Source of the DNA: a virus
Strand: one strand, 5' to 3'
Virus record (IMG/VR): IMGVR_UViG_3300028197_001221
Coordinates: 1 to 64,000 of that record
DNA: 64,000 bases
Shown here: positions 48,201-58,918 of the stretch, one piece after another
Position numbering within the stretch: position 1 is the stretch's first letter
Layout of the letters: the number at the start of each line of letters is the position of its first letter
The notes under the pieces: generated by a model
The model's database searches: none
Told to the model about the DNA's origin: nothing
Seen by the model: the letters and a program-made list of their open reading frames with translations, nothing else
Program-made: the position numbers and the translations under genes

Positions 48201-51200
48201 GGGTATACCCTCTAGAGGCAAGTTTGGAACTCCTGTATCTTCCAATGTTGCATACTTATGTTTACTCTCTAAAAACAAAGGTCTAATGTTTGATCCTAGC
48301 TTAGACAAAGTAGTCTGCAATTTAGATATTCTATTCATGATCTCTTGCTGGACACTGTTATTGTTCCAATCTTCATTACTGTCTCGATTTATACGTTTCC
48401 CAACAGTAATCACAATCTTTCTATTCTCTGCGCCATTAAGCCAAGTTTTTAACTGTGCCGCTTCTTGGTCACTAGGAATATTATCAGTATTTGCTATCCA
48501 TAAAACATCATATTGAGAAGCCACTTGGTTTATCTGTGACATCTGTACATTTTCAAATACTTCATAGTTTAATACCCACTGGAACGTGCTAGCAAGTCTA
48601 GACTGATCATAACCATCAATAAAAGATGTTCGTTCCGTCCAACCACCCAGTTGTGCAACTCTAGTGTTTCCATTAGATGTTTTATCTAAAAGGTTCATAT
48701 AGAAGATAACATTTGTGTCACCACCAGCAGATAGAGACTGTGAAGATTCAAGCTCAGTTGTTGTCATAACAACTATCTTGGCAGTAGTATTTAACAATTG
48801 TTCTTCCACGCAAATTGGAAATGTGTCTTGAACTTCTACATTATAGTCTTCTGTTTCTTCCAATATTTCAGCCCGTGCCATAAACAAAGCATTTTTACCA
48901 TTCTGCTCTAATATAGGATTGTCTTCATTTAAGAATAGACTATTAGATACTGTTCCAAATTCGTTATAATTTATATACGTATAGTTTCCACTATCATGTG
49001 TAATGGCAAATTCTATTTCAGTGCTGACATCATCTTCATCGTAGATAGATCCACCCACTATGGTTTCGTATCCAGATATATATGGTACTTCCCTATAGAC
49101 GGGACCAGTTGCTTCTCTATGAAACGTAAGAATTTTCTTTTCTGCTGCTGCCAAGATAGGAATAGGTTCGTAGTTTTTCCTAGGAAATTCTTGACAAGGT
49201 ATTGCAGGGTCGCAACATCCACAGTTATAAGTTTCTGGAAGATTATGAGTACCATAAGCGAAAGCAATATTAACCTTATAGCTAACTTTTTTTTGTTGAC
49301 AATTGAAACACTCTTCATTCCACTCTGCTCTTAAATCTCCCTCATGTTTAATAATATGGTTACATCTATTGTTTAACTTAAAATAACCTAGTTTCTGACC
49401 AGCATCTATTAAAGAAGTAAGTTCATCTAAACCCTGAAGTATATTGTCTACTTTAGGCTTACTACAATCATAACCCATAAAGATACTTTCATCATACAGT
49501 CTGATATCAGCAACGCCAGAACCTCGCATGTTTCCACCATACACATATGTAGAAGTAGTCTTGTCTGGTACAAAAGATGGTATAGTATTATAATACAATC
49601 CCGTATCTTGATCTACCATAGACTCATATCTATTAGCAGCTGGATATAACCTCATTCTAGAATCCAAGTTAGTCAAAAGCCTATTAATAATAGAGTTGGA
49701 ATAAGAGTATGCTCCATCTCTGTCGTATTGATCAGTTTCAAACACTGGATCATCACCCACCAGTACGAGATGTCTATCACCTAACCCCAACCAATTTTGA
49801 ATATTATCTATGTACTCTTTACTGAGTCTATCTATCTCTGGAGTAATTATAAATAATAAACCAACGTCTTGTGGGATTTCTGGATCTTCAAATCCACTTT
49901 CTATATATCGGTCACTGCCATAAGTAGATTTAAATAATTCGTCATAATATCTATCCAAGTGATTATCAGCATCTTCAATAGTATAATCTTTGTCTGTCAA
50001 CAAGTATTTGCTTTTTTCTATAGTTCTATGCAAATTACCCCACGCTCCGAATTGCATAACTTTGTCATGCTCGAAGTATTTTCTAGCCTGCAAAACTCTT
50101 ACAGATCCAGCATTAACGTTAGAGAACCATTGTTGTGGATTACTAGATTGTGATCCCGGCTTATACCATAAAATTCCTTCGTCAGTAGCGCCGATACTAT
50201 CCGTTGGAGATCCTATAGCAAGTAAGGTTCCATCCTCATTTAAGTCCACGCTATAACCTAGCCTTGGATTAGGCATGTACTTAGAAGTTAGCCAACTCCA
50301 AGAGTGACTAGGATTTATTTGAGAATCATTTATTTCTGAGGATAAGAAGTATCCTGTATACACTTCATTGTAAGCAAGTCTATAAGTGTATTGACCGCTA
50401 GGAGATAGGCTGTCATATACTTCTAAAGCAGCTTGTCTTCGATTCCCAGCATTAATGGCAGTCTGTCTTTTGAATAAGTAAGAAGTTTTAGCTCTTCTTA
50501 ATTCTAAAACATCGTTGGTTCCAATTCGTAGTATCCAATTTTCAAAATAATCGTAAAAATAATTAAAACCACCATAGCCATAAGATAATTCATAAACTCT
50601 AACTTGAGAAGACATGTATGGAGAACCTATTACTAAAGCACTACCGTCTTCGCTAATCGCTACATCATGACCAAATCTATCCACAGCAACAGAGTTGCTA
50701 GTAGTAGGGGAATCAATTCTCTGTATAGTTTTCCAACCATCATCAAATTTTTCAAATACAAACACAGCTCCACCACTAGGAGCAGCTACATTAAATCCTT
50801 CTGTTGAGGTATTGAATGTACCAAAACTACTTCCAGCAAATAATTTGTAATCTAGTGTTTCTACCAACCTGTTTATATTTAAAGTAGAGTCTAATAAACT
50901 TATGGCTTGACCAAACCAAACTTCTGTATTTGTAAAACGTTCGTCATCATCGCTACTGGTTGTATCATCCCTACCATCGTTACCGCCGATACTTGTAACA
51001 ATAGAAGGTCTAGCGGGTTGATTTAAATGATTTACCAACCCCTTATCATAAGCTTCTTGAGAAACCCAATTCATAAATCTTTCTAATCCACCATTACCTT
51101 CAAGAGCGGTGTTGCTAGTAGAACCAACAGCTCTTGTTCCGTAAGATATGGATGTATCTACAAAGAATCCAATTATAGCGGGCTGATTACTATTTTGCTT

Positions 51201-54200
51201 AGATGCATCTTGGTAATAGCGTTCATGATATATTTCCTTCAAGTCTGTAAATAATTGTTCATTTGTTGCTTCGATCTCAGAAGGAACTGAACCAGATACT
51301 CTATGAACTTGTTTTTTGAACACAAAGTCGGGATCTTCAATTCTAGCCTCTGACCAATCAGGACCAGCTGGTATATTAGTACCAAGTATTCCTTCGCATA
51401 TTATAATTTCTACATTAAAACTTACAGGAGGATCAGAGAAGTATCTAAACATAAGATCTTTTTTCTCTATAACTGGCAATAAATCATCAGGTACTGTACT
51501 TCCTCTTACTCTAGGAAACGGAGAGCAAGGAATAAATTCATCAGTAAGCACGAACAAAACTATATTAACTGGTTCAGGTATAGCGTCTGTAAATGTCCTG
51601 TCCCACTTAGCTCCCGGCGCTCCAGCAACTACGACCTCTCTACCATCATGTTTTGCTATTGAAACTGAATGTCCTAACTCTCTGCCCTTTTGACCGACAG
51701 ACCAATACCTTTTAGATCCAACTCCAAGAACTGTGTCAAACCTTGCTCCCGGCTCTCTATATTTTATTGCAATTTCTTCTTCTCTATATGAATCCACCAA
51801 ATGACCACTTGGTAAGGATAAATGTGACTCAAAGGACCAGCTAGATTGATCAGGCTGATCAGTCCAATCATTTCCGGTAGGAGCAGAATTTCTTCTGTAT
51901 ATAAAGACACTACCAGCATTAGGAACAAGAGAACCGTCATGTTCTACTAAGTCATAACTAGGAACACCAATAGCCATTAAATCATCTAATACATCTACAG
52001 AGTATCCAAACTTATCATTCAATGCTCTATCTGGATCTGGAGGAACAATTTTAATACCAGAATAATCTACTTCGTTATTAGTCCCATATCCCCATTCTGA
52101 TATTTCTCTAGGTACATCTAATACTCCATCATCTCCAGTTTTAGCAGTCATAAATAAACTGTAAGGCCCACCGGGAATAAGGTTTGTGAATTTTCTAACA
52201 CCGTAATAATTATTATCATAACCACTACTAATAGTGTTAAATGCTGTTACATTAGGGTTGCTATATACACCTTTAGGTCTAATTACCCCACCGTCTATAC
52301 ATTCTTGAGAGTACCACAGCGTATCGTGAGTAATAATGTCAGGTTCATCACAACCTTTATTGTTATCACACGATGAGTGACACATTGTGATAACGCCTCT
52401 AATTTCATCATCAGCTTCTAACGAAAGCAAATCATTATCTTCTAATACAATTTCAGTTCCAATATTCTGATCGTTCCAATCAAATGCTTGCAAATAATTG
52501 TCCCATCCAAGTTGACCAACATTTAAAGTGTGCAAAAACATCTGCCCACTAGATGTTACTATACTAGGATCATACGCATTAACATATAAATTAAATGTAG
52601 CATCATCAATTTTACCACCATACTCCGTTTCAATTCTTTCAATTTCTACATACAAATTGAAGTTTTCTTTTTTTGTTCTTTTTCTTCTTTGCGATGGGCC
52701 AACACTTCCAGTATCTGCATACCTACCGCCACCTCCAAACAAGTAAAGGTTACAGTCTTGACTAAATTCATCATGTTCATTTCCAGCAGAATCTATTCCA
52801 CGTAAGAAAAAGTTTAGTTCTGATTCTGAATAATCATAAGTAAACTTATCTGTGTTTAATAAAAATAATGTACATCCTGTATCTTTATTAAACGTAGGAG
52901 GAGGAGGTGGTGGTAGAGTGGTAGATGTGGTTGCGCTTACTGATGGATCTGGTAAACTATGTTCAATTGGGAATACTCCCTCTGGTATAGTTGGCAATGC
53001 TGTTTGTAGAATGCCACCAGTAAATGAAGATCTAGAAGCACCGAGTGTAATTCTTAAATCATCTAGGAATATAGAATAATTTGGAGACGATGGTTCGTTT
53101 GTTGAACCAAGTCCTCCCCCCGTAATCATGCTTGGAAAAATTTTGAACTCAGGATATATTGTGTCCCAACCGTTTTCACGGGCTTGTGATAACAAGTAGT
53201 CTGGTTCCACAAGGCTCTCTATATCGGGCCACCCAAAATATAGTCCTTCACCAACAATAGCTCCATCTAATATAATATATACTTTATCTTCAATAGCTGA
53301 AATTGCTACATGATGCCACTTATCATAATCAAAAACTACAGGAGCTACTATACGATGAGCGCGACATGTTTCCTCTAAATAGTCATTAGAAAAATCATCA
53401 TCTACTCTTCTGGGGGCTTCTGGAAAAGTGCTAAAATACTCGAATGTAAACGAGTGCAGATATGCTGGCAAGCCTTGTCCAAGATGATCGACAGCGTTAG
53501 GATTATTAGATGTTGTAGCATTGTAATTAATTGAAAAACTCATGCCAGTTTCTACGGTGTTATAACCAACTCCTCCCCACGCTTCATTTGCCAATATGTT
53601 GGCGCTGGAACTATGCCAACTGTGCTGTGGAACATAACCAGTACTATAGCCCTCTTGATCTCTCAATATATAAACACGCTCTCTTGCCTCTGATTTTACA
53701 TCGTCTAGGTACATTGCTGCACCCTGTACGCCAAAGGTGTTGTAACTTCTACCAAAAATAGCTGAACTAAAATAATTTTCGTGGGGTGATACATGTGGGA
53801 TTAATGATGACGGGTCTGGTACACGTAGGAAAAATTCTATAGTCCATTTAGAAGTCCAAAGTTTTGGATCTAAAGCTAGGCTCTTAAAGTTTGCTCCATA
53901 GCGTGTTTGCACATCCCCTGCCCCTCCGGTGGCGGCTTCTTGATCAAATATCCTCAGAGATCGTCTACCAAAATGACGATACAAATCACTAGTTGGTAAG
54001 TTCTTTAAATAAGTTAATCCAAAAGCTTTTTCAAACCCTCCTCTAGTCATGTTGCTACCACTATTATTTTTACCACTCATATCTCTTGTTGAAGCATTAG
54101 CGTTTTCAAAATCAAGTAGCAAATTTACATAACCGCCAAGGTCATCTGTCTCTACATTAGAAGAGCCAAACAAAACAGGATCGTTATTAAATATAGCGTT

Positions 54201-57200
54201 ATCTTCTTGTGGAGGCTCACTAAAGAACCCTCCATTGTTAGAACTAGAATTACCAAACCAAGACATGATTCCAATAGTGTGTAAATTAAATTGTTCTGGA
54301 GGTTCTACTTTAATTCCAGTGACTGAATGAAAATACAAACCAAGGTGTGGATCTGGTGCATCATAATCGTGGAAATCAGTTGAGTAAGAAGCTGAAGTAT
54401 AAAGTGGTAGCCCGAAATAACCTACTCCACTTGAATCTATTTTAGTCCACGGAAGACCAGTAGTATATAGAGAAAGACCACTAGAAGGAGTATCAATTAT
54501 CCCTTTCTCAAACACAGAAAGATTCATCTGTCCGAAAGATATAGCCTCGCTAGTGACATGAAGGTTAAAGTCGTCTGCATAAGCAACGTCTTTTAAATGG
54601 AGAGCGTTTTCTAATCTTACATGAGATGAGTGAATTCTAATTGTAGAGTCGTAAGATCCAGAAGGATATGCTAAGTCATATTGAACAAACATATCATTCA
54701 TATCTTTAGAAGATAAATAGTGACCTCTTTGTTTTAAAATTTGTTGTCTATCAAAATTAGCCCAAGGCTCTGTCTCAGTATCTCTATAGCTATCTATAGT
54801 GAACTCACTAATTATTTTTTGCCAACAATCTCTTGGTCCAATATAATGTATGTCCCTATTAAGAAGACCCCAATTCTGACTATCAAACAAATCTGTTTCT
54901 TTTGTCTTGGTGTACAGACTAACAATAAGTCTTGGTCCCACTTTTCCATCGGGCCATGTAATGTCATTAGTTGTTTCATGTTCAATAACCGTGTCTACCG
55001 CAATGGCATCTTTTGCAAAATTGTATCCATCTGGCAAAGCTTTAGAAATTCTTGGAGCTATTGACAACATCTTTTCTGAAGTGTCTGAGAGATGCATTCT
55101 GAACATATCATTTTCAAGCTGAGTATGATATGCTAGTCCAGACGTAACGATATCATTTGGAAGAGCAAGCTGAGTATTATCCTCGTAGCTGCCACCATCA
55201 GTCTTAAAATTGTGAACAATATAATCGTTTCCTATTTTGTTTGTGAGTGTATCGTAGGCTGGTCCAAATTCACAATATTTAAACGCGCCTATGTGCCACT
55301 TGTTAGAATCTTCATCTACAAAATCCCATAACTTGTATCTATCATTTTTATATGATTCGCCATCATTCCAGAACTTAGATCTAAAAGAATCAAAAAATCT
55401 TTCAGCAGTGGTTTGTTGCTTAGACGCATCTGCAACATCTCCATTTACTAATATAGATCCGTAAGCAATATCCTCAGACACACCTACGTCTGTAACGAAT
55501 GCGTTCATACCAATGCCAGATCCGTATGAATGACCAAGTATTAAATCGCTATCCCCACTAGCCATTATAAATGGTTGTGAAGAACTTCTAAGTATATCAA
55601 AGCTTCCACTGTTTATAATTTCATTGTCTGTATATAACCTTAAACGATTAGAATTATTATCATTATAAGTAAGCAATACAGGTACTGGGTATTGATAGTC
55701 TGTATAAGTTAGCGTATCCTTAACTTCTATATTATTGCCATTAATATCTCTAGCGTAACCAACAATATGACCATCTTTATAACCAATTGCTAACTCTAAA
55801 TCTTTCCCAGAATCCCACTTAGATAAAATAACACCATTATTAAACAAGTTATAATCAGCGCCGCTAACGTCAACGTCTGGGGAAAATCTTGTGAATAAAG
55901 AAAAACCGCCAGAGCATTCTATGTTACCAAAATTAACATTAGCATTAGACTGTTTAACTCTTAGGGCGTTTTCAAAAGAGTCAGTTATCTTTCCGTGTAA
56001 TTCGTGACCAGAAGATGTCCAATCAATAGTAGTATACGTTCTTTCTTGAGAAGAAAACAGGTGGTCTGTTCTGAATCTAAAACCTACACTATTAATAATA
56101 TTACTAGAAAGTAGAGCATTAAATATTCCACTACTTGTTGTAGAACTATCATCAGGATATATAGTACTATCTTCTGTGTTTCTAAAGGTATAGTAACCAT
56201 TAATAAAAGGTTTTTCTAACTGCGGATTATAAAAGCTTTCATCAAAAGCGGGAGGATCAAACGGTCCTGATCTAGACACGCCATCTACACCTCTCCACCT
56301 CTTAGAATAATTAGTTTTGATTGTGTCGGGTGTTTTAAATCCATGAGGTATATTCTCAATTAAAGATAAAGGCTTTGAACCTACAACGGCGTTTAACTTA
56401 TGATCATACTCTCCCATAGCGGCTGCAAATAATCCATTAGACCTTCTAGAGATTTCTATACCTCCATGTCCAAAAGTGTGTAACTGCATAGCTGCGGAAG
56501 GTCTATACTTTATTATCAGTTCTGCTTTTGCTATAACAGCGCCAACAGGAAGGGGATAAATATCAAGGTGTAAAGCCTCGAAGAATGGAGATATATTATA
56601 TGTATCTGGAGTTCCTAGCTCATTAAGCTTAGGACTAATTTGCAAAGGAACAATGTATTGATTGTACTCTGTGCTATCTACCATAGAAGGTGTTCTAACT
56701 TCATCTCCATTTTCGTCTTCACCAATTTTGAGTACTGAAGCTGTAATTAAATGATGATCACCTCCGGGGTTGTTAGCAACTGGTCTGTTTTCAAAATATT
56801 CATCTCTGGAAGAGATAGCTTCAGAAGATCTAGTAAGATAATTTGAATTATCAAACCCAGAAGAAATTGGTATAGTACCAGCACCAGCAGTAGAATTTTG
56901 TAAGAAGCCATCAACAGGAGATGTAACGTTGAAAAGACCATCATCACAATATCCCACAACGTCTAAAGTAAAATCTCTTATAGAAGTAGAAGATTTTTTA
57001 GCTAAGACTTTTAACTCTATAGATTCTATTGTGTAGAATTCTTGTTCTACTTTTTCAACAGTAGATTTAGCGAGATCTAAATTACTATCTAATCTAAACT
57101 TTCCAATGCTAAATGCGCCACCTGTTTTTTGTACAACTCTTGTGGGTGGTTGATGAGAATATACAATCTGTAACTTACCAGAATCTGCAATTGGAGATGT

Positions 57201-58913
57201 TGAAACAAGTTCCACGGACCTAAAGCTAACAAAGTCATTAAGCGATTTACTAAGTTGTTCTAAATCTTCTTTTACATTGTTATAATAAACTTTGCCATTA
57301 TGAGCTGAAGATTTCCAAACACTATTGACTTCTGGAAGTATGCCATTGCTAAATCCGTTAGGAAGAATTTTAGAAGGATACAATTTTCTTTCAAGAGATA
57401 AGCCTTCTTTAATAGACTCAGCATGTAAATTAAAGTAATTTTCTGAGAGACGACCATTAATGGAACCGCTTGCTACAATCTCTATGTTTGAAATTCTAAT
57501 AGAAGCGTTGGGCGTAAATTCAAACCCTTGACTCTGAGCAGATATTGGAGCGCCGTCAAGAGCTAAGTAATCATTATTGCCTCCAATCAACTCGTTAATT
57601 TCACATTGATTTTCATATGCCTTTTTGTCAAACTCTGCACTAAATGGATCATGATGACAAGTAGCTTGAAAATCCATATTCAAAGTATATCCACTATTTT
57701 CTTCAAATATAGGACATAGTTCATCCCAGTTATGCCTGTTGGCATTGTTATATTCTGGCTCTGTTACATATGTTGCAAAATTATATTTTTCGTTTTCTTG
57801 ATCAAAATCTCCATCGCCTGTCAATGTGATGTCTTTGTATTTTGCAATTAAATTACCAGAGGGATCTTCCCATCTAATGTTATGTATTTTAAATTCTGGA
57901 GCATCTTCTGATTCAAAAACCGCCATAGGAGCTGACGCTCTAATGAACAAGAAGTTTTCTATGGGTTTAATTGCTGGCGGTGTTAATTCACACTTATATG
58001 TAAAGTCTCCATCAGAGTAAATAGACGATGGTTGAATAAAAGTATTTTGTTCGTCGTTTATCCTAATACTTGTTTTATTATTTTTAGTATAATTACCTGT
58101 AAATAATCCCTCATCAACACTCTTGTATAGACCACTAGGAGACAAATTTTTATCAACAAAGCCAACATTATTTTTTAACGTCACTATGTCTCGTATAGGA
58201 TAGAATTTTTGAGTAGCTTTAAAGTTTTCTAACTTATTAATCTGATCAGTATGTCCACCTATTTTATCTGTGTATGTATTATTTAATTTAGTTTTTATCT
58301 TTATATTTGCAAACAAAGATATTGGCACAGGCATACAATAATTTTCTGTACATAATTTCCAGAATCTTATACCGCCATTTTTAGTTCTTACTGTGGACTT
58401 GCTGCTTTCTACAATACCATCTGTTTCTACAGCGCCAAAGTTAGCAACAACGGTTGGCTGTGAAGCTATGTATCCTTGACCTTCCCAAGATGTGAATGCA
58501 GGCACAGCAGTGCTATTACTAAGATTCGAGCCGCCAAGACCTGCTAAGAAACCACCAATTATGCTGCTGCCAATAATTCTTGAAGTTGTAGCTTCTGTAT
58601 CATTTATACTAAGCTTACCTTTGGATTTAAAACTAATACCATTTACAGCGTTGACAGGCTCTAAATGTGAAGATCCAAAATTATTGTTTGACTGTTGGTT
58701 ATTAACAGAATTGGAAAACCCAACATTAACAAGAACAGACATCAAAGATCTTATCTTTGATTTAGATTTTAAGTCAGACTTATGCCTGAACTCAAGGGTG
58801 GCATTGGAAGCGGTCGCTTCTTTAGTGTTTCTAACGTGACCTATGTTTAACCCAACTTGCAGTTTGCTAGAACCTCTGCTAACACTTCGCTGAGTACTTA
58901 CGAAACATTCCAT
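45291..58913 (-). CDS. giant (4540 aa) virion protein with FG-GAP repeats and LamG/ConA-like domains
   Basis: Seven FG-GAP-like motifs; WTIEFF...WHHVAI...LDG...LDDLRIT LamG motif; directly downstream of TMP. Confidence 0.75.
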   Translation of the reverse strand: MECFVSTQRSVSRGSSKLQVGLNIGHVRNTKEATASNATLEFRHKSDLKSKSKIRSLMSVLVNVGFSNSVNNQQSNNNFGSSHLEPVNAVNGISFKSKGKLSINDTEATTSRIIGSSIIGGFLAGLGGSNLSNSTAVPAFTSWEGQGYIASQPTVVANFGAVETDGIVESSKSTVRTKNGGIRFWKLCTENYCMPVPISLFANIKIKTKLNNTYTDKIGGHTDQINKLENFKATQKFYPIRDIVTLKNNVGFVDKNLSPSGLYKSVDEGLFTGNYTKNNKTSIRINDEQNTFIQPSSIYSDGDFTYKCELTPPAIKPIENFLFIRASAPMAVFESEDAPEFKIHNIRWEDPSGNLIAKYKDITLTGDGDFDQENEKYNFATYVTEPEYNNANRHNWDELCPIFEENSGYTLNMDFQATCHHDPFSAEFDKKAYENQCEINELIGGNNDYLALDGAPISAQSQGFEFTPNASIRISNIEIVASGSINGRLSENYFNLHAESIKEGLSLERKLYPSKILPNGFSNGILPEVNSVWKSSAHNGKVYYNNVKEDLEQLSKSLNDFVSFRSVELVSTSPIADSGKLQIVYSHQPPTRVVQKTGGAFSIGKFRLDSNLDLAKSTVEKVEQEFYTIESIELKVLAKKSSTSIRDFTLDVVGYCDDGLFNVTSPVDGFLQNSTAGAGTIPISSGFDNSNYLTRSSEAISSRDEYFENRPVANNPGGDHHLITASVLKIGEDENGDEVRTPSMVDSTEYNQYIVPLQISPKLNELGTPDTYNISPFFEALHLDIYPLPVGAVIAKAELIIKYRPSAAMQLHTFGHGGIEISRRSNGLFAAAMGEYDHKLNAVVGSKPLSLIENIPHGFKTPDTIKTNYSKRWRGVDGVSRSGPFDPPAFDESFYNPQLEKPFINGYYTFRNTEDSTIYPDDSSTTSSGIFNALLSSNIINSVGFRFRTDHLFSSQERTYTTIDWTSSGHELHGKITDSFENALRVKQSNANVNFGNIECSGGFSLFTRFSPDVDVSGADYNLFNNGVILSKWDSGKDLELAIGYKDGHIVGYARDINGNNIEVKDTLTYTDYQYPVPVLLTYNDNNSNRLRLYTDNEIINSGSFDILRSSSQPFIMASGDSDLILGHSYGSGIGMNAFVTDVGVSEDIAYGSILVNGDVADASKQQTTAERFFDSFRSKFWNDGESYKNDRYKLWDFVDEDSNKWHIGAFKYCEFGPAYDTLTNKIGNDYIVHNFKTDGGSYEDNTQLALPNDIVTSGLAYHTQLENDMFRMHLSDTSEKMLSIAPRISKALPDGYNFAKDAIAVDTVIEHETTNDITWPDGKVGPRLIVSLYTKTKETDLFDSQNWGLLNRDIHYIGPRDCWQKIISEFTIDSYRDTETEPWANFDRQQILKQRGHYLSSKDMNDMFVQYDLAYPSGSYDSTIRIHSSHVRLENALHLKDVAYADDFNLHVTSEAISFGQMNLSVFEKGIIDTPSSGLSLYTTGLPWTKIDSSGVGYFGLPLYTSASYSTDFHDYDAPDPHLGLYFHSVTGIKVEPPEQFNLHTIGIMSWFGNSSSNNGGFFSEPPQEDNAIFNNDPVLFGSSNVETDDLGGYVNLLLDFENANASTRDMSGKNNSGSNMTRGGFEKAFGLTYLKNLPTSDLYRHFGRRSLRIFDQEAATGGAGDVQTRYGANFKSLALDPKLWTSKWTIEFFLRVPDPSSLIPHVSPHENYFSSAIFGRSYNTFGVQGAAMYLDDVKSEARERVYILRDQEGYSTGYVPQHSWHSSSANILANEAWGGVGYNTVETGMSFSINYNATTSNNPNAVDHLGQGLPAYLHSFTFEYFSTFPEAPRRVDDDFSNDYLEETCRAHRIVAPVVFDYDKWHHVAISAIEDKVYIILDGAIVGEGLYFGWPDIESLVEPDYLLSQARENGWDTIYPEFKIFPSMITGGGLGSTNEPSSPNYSIFLDDLRITLGASRSSFTGGILQTALPTIPEGVFPIEHSLPDPSVSATTSTTLPPPPPPTFNKDTGCTLFLLNTDKFTYDYSESELNFFLRGIDSAGNEHDEFSQDCNLYLFGGGGRYADTGSVGPSQRRKRTKKENFNLYVEIERIETEYGGKIDDATFNLYVNAYDPSIVTSSGQMFLHTLNVGQLGWDNYLQAFDWNDQNIGTEIVLEDNDLLSLEADDEIRGVITMCHSSCDNNKGCDEPDIITHDTLWYSQECIDGGVIRPKGVYSNPNVTAFNTISSGYDNNYYGVRKFTNLIPGGPYSLFMTAKTGDDGVLDVPREISEWGYGTNNEVDYSGIKIVPPDPDRALNDKFGYSVDVLDDLMAIGVPSYDLVEHDGSLVPNAGSVFIYRRNSAPTGNDWTDQPDQSSWSFESHLSLPSGHLVDSYREEEIAIKYREPGARFDTVLGVGSKRYWSVGQKGRELGHSVSIAKHDGREVVVAGAPGAKWDRTFTDAIPEPVNIVLFVLTDEFIPCSPFPRVRGSTVPDDLLPVIEKKDLMFRYFSDPPVSFNVEIIICEGILGTNIPAGPDWSEARIEDPDFVFKKQVHRVSGSVPSEIEATNEQLFTDLKEIYHERYYQDASKQNSNQPAIIGFFVDTSISYGTRAVGSTSNTALEGNGGLERFMNWVSQEAYDKGLVNHLNQPARPSIVTSIGGNDGRDDTTSSDDDERFTNTEVWFGQAISLLDSTLNINRLVETLDYKLFAGSSFGTFNTSTEGFNVAAPSGGAVFVFEKFDDGWKTIQRIDSPTTSNSVAVDRFGHDVAISEDGSALVIGSPYMSSQVRVYELSYGYGGFNYFYDYFENWILRIGTNDVLELRRAKTSYLFKRQTAINAGNRRQAALEVYDSLSPSGQYTYRLAYNEVYTGYFLSSEINDSQINPSHSWSWLTSKYMPNPRLGYSVDLNEDGTLLAIGSPTDSIGATDEGILWYKPGSQSSNPQQWFSNVNAGSVRVLQARKYFEHDKVMQFGAWGNLHRTIEKSKYLLTDKDYTIEDADNHLDRYYDELFKSTYGSDRYIESGFEDPEIPQDVGLLFIITPEIDRLSKEYIDNIQNWLGLGDRHLVLVGDDPVFETDQYDRDGAYSYSNSIINRLLTNLDSRMRLYPAANRYESMVDQDTGLYYNTIPSFVPDKTTSTYVYGGNMRGSGVADIRLYDESIFMGYDCSKPKVDNILQGLDELTSLIDAGQKLGYFKLNNRCNHIIKHEGDLRAEWNEECFNCQQKKVSYKVNIAFAYGTHNLPETYNCGCCDPAIPCQEFPRKNYEPIPILAAAEKKILTFHREATGPVYREVPYISGYETIVGGSIYDEDDVSTEIEFAITHDSGNYTYINYNEFGTVSNSLFLNEDNPILEQNGKNALFMARAEILEETEDYNVEVQDTFPICVEEQLLNTTAKIVVMTTTELESSQSLSAGGDTNVIFYMNLLDKTSNGNTRVAQLGGWTERTSFIDGYDQSRLASTFQWVLNYEVFENVQMSQINQVASQYDVLWIANTDNIPSDQEAAQLKTWLNGAENRKIVITVGKRINRDSNEDWNNNSVQQEIMNRISKLQTTLSKLGSNIRPLFLESKHKYATLEDTGVPNLPLEGIPRGSTKIDNISLNRFNTDFIDGKRGELSRLREVNDSHIDRYLTVCFENIFAVNTLLYYNVKIVDKRTADTGTAFMRTGTARVDFPVEAEESYRFFATFASERFSEGRVLGVYVSNVNAGVRIETTSSDRLHEISDPLVYGRDYWQTVADIKSGVRQSAGRQNPDEVGSNLGEGEWPIENYGGIEYTHHMDFTVPSGISSISVYIQGDYFGYEKNDPESTYTQRLIGMSGVKLGTEVTTVRRPITSFRTELFSEGTPASTTTQELIQEISSDSSKYCPTDFCSSEEGFGTPGPELRDGPVTAAQEIYHQRPFLTGAAKSRITVISDASLIQGSNVRLPDRDNWINGDVIEFLRSLYPADYRSQESEVYYEDEYGGSLIYENVLKIVSPEKTSPAKLMSSEINSGFNNLFGGYAQNSIKDPSRFGNDEASIDFPSRAWIAPLEPAKAVSPSYQTYKNPMPPVDDVAIERARLGRIAAFSGDMVSMGTWCRFKVDIDGVTYEDNGYGEGRNSLMETFGYDFLDFHEMQPHISGYPGDLFGYKVKIHKGEVYISAPFAAFSGENITSWNEVINNSPNTPMLNAELGHDGGAGSVYKFTRDYNQVSVNSSVQTAWSCTGKFRPDTLNAGDQFGMSFDIDGDVIAISAPSHDGTASITKTADVGASGEFVRKEFNDQFDVTQIDKNDFDIGGSGNQGAVYTYENKISDWGSKRQDWVYIQKLIPQGYNSVNENDFFGRSVALDRNARSDQDYTLVVGSPSHSYGSGISSQILSSGGAVYNYDAMLRRQAPSFSHPDTNLAGRIFGSMNVQDHEKYLLFDFKNGTKTNHSLYKEGLVYANEKGEIFIEASGQDSNPKGYVSHRPFIEQIHGAYYFGTFLAGYNRLFISGKPPSTSSSMNLIKPSGIGNVYNDIELRLNTFGVLGIADNSGDDIFNLSISGSVMESINNSGDPLNMHVETSASGVDEMILHTKGHFQV

Positions 58914-58918
58914 ATTTA

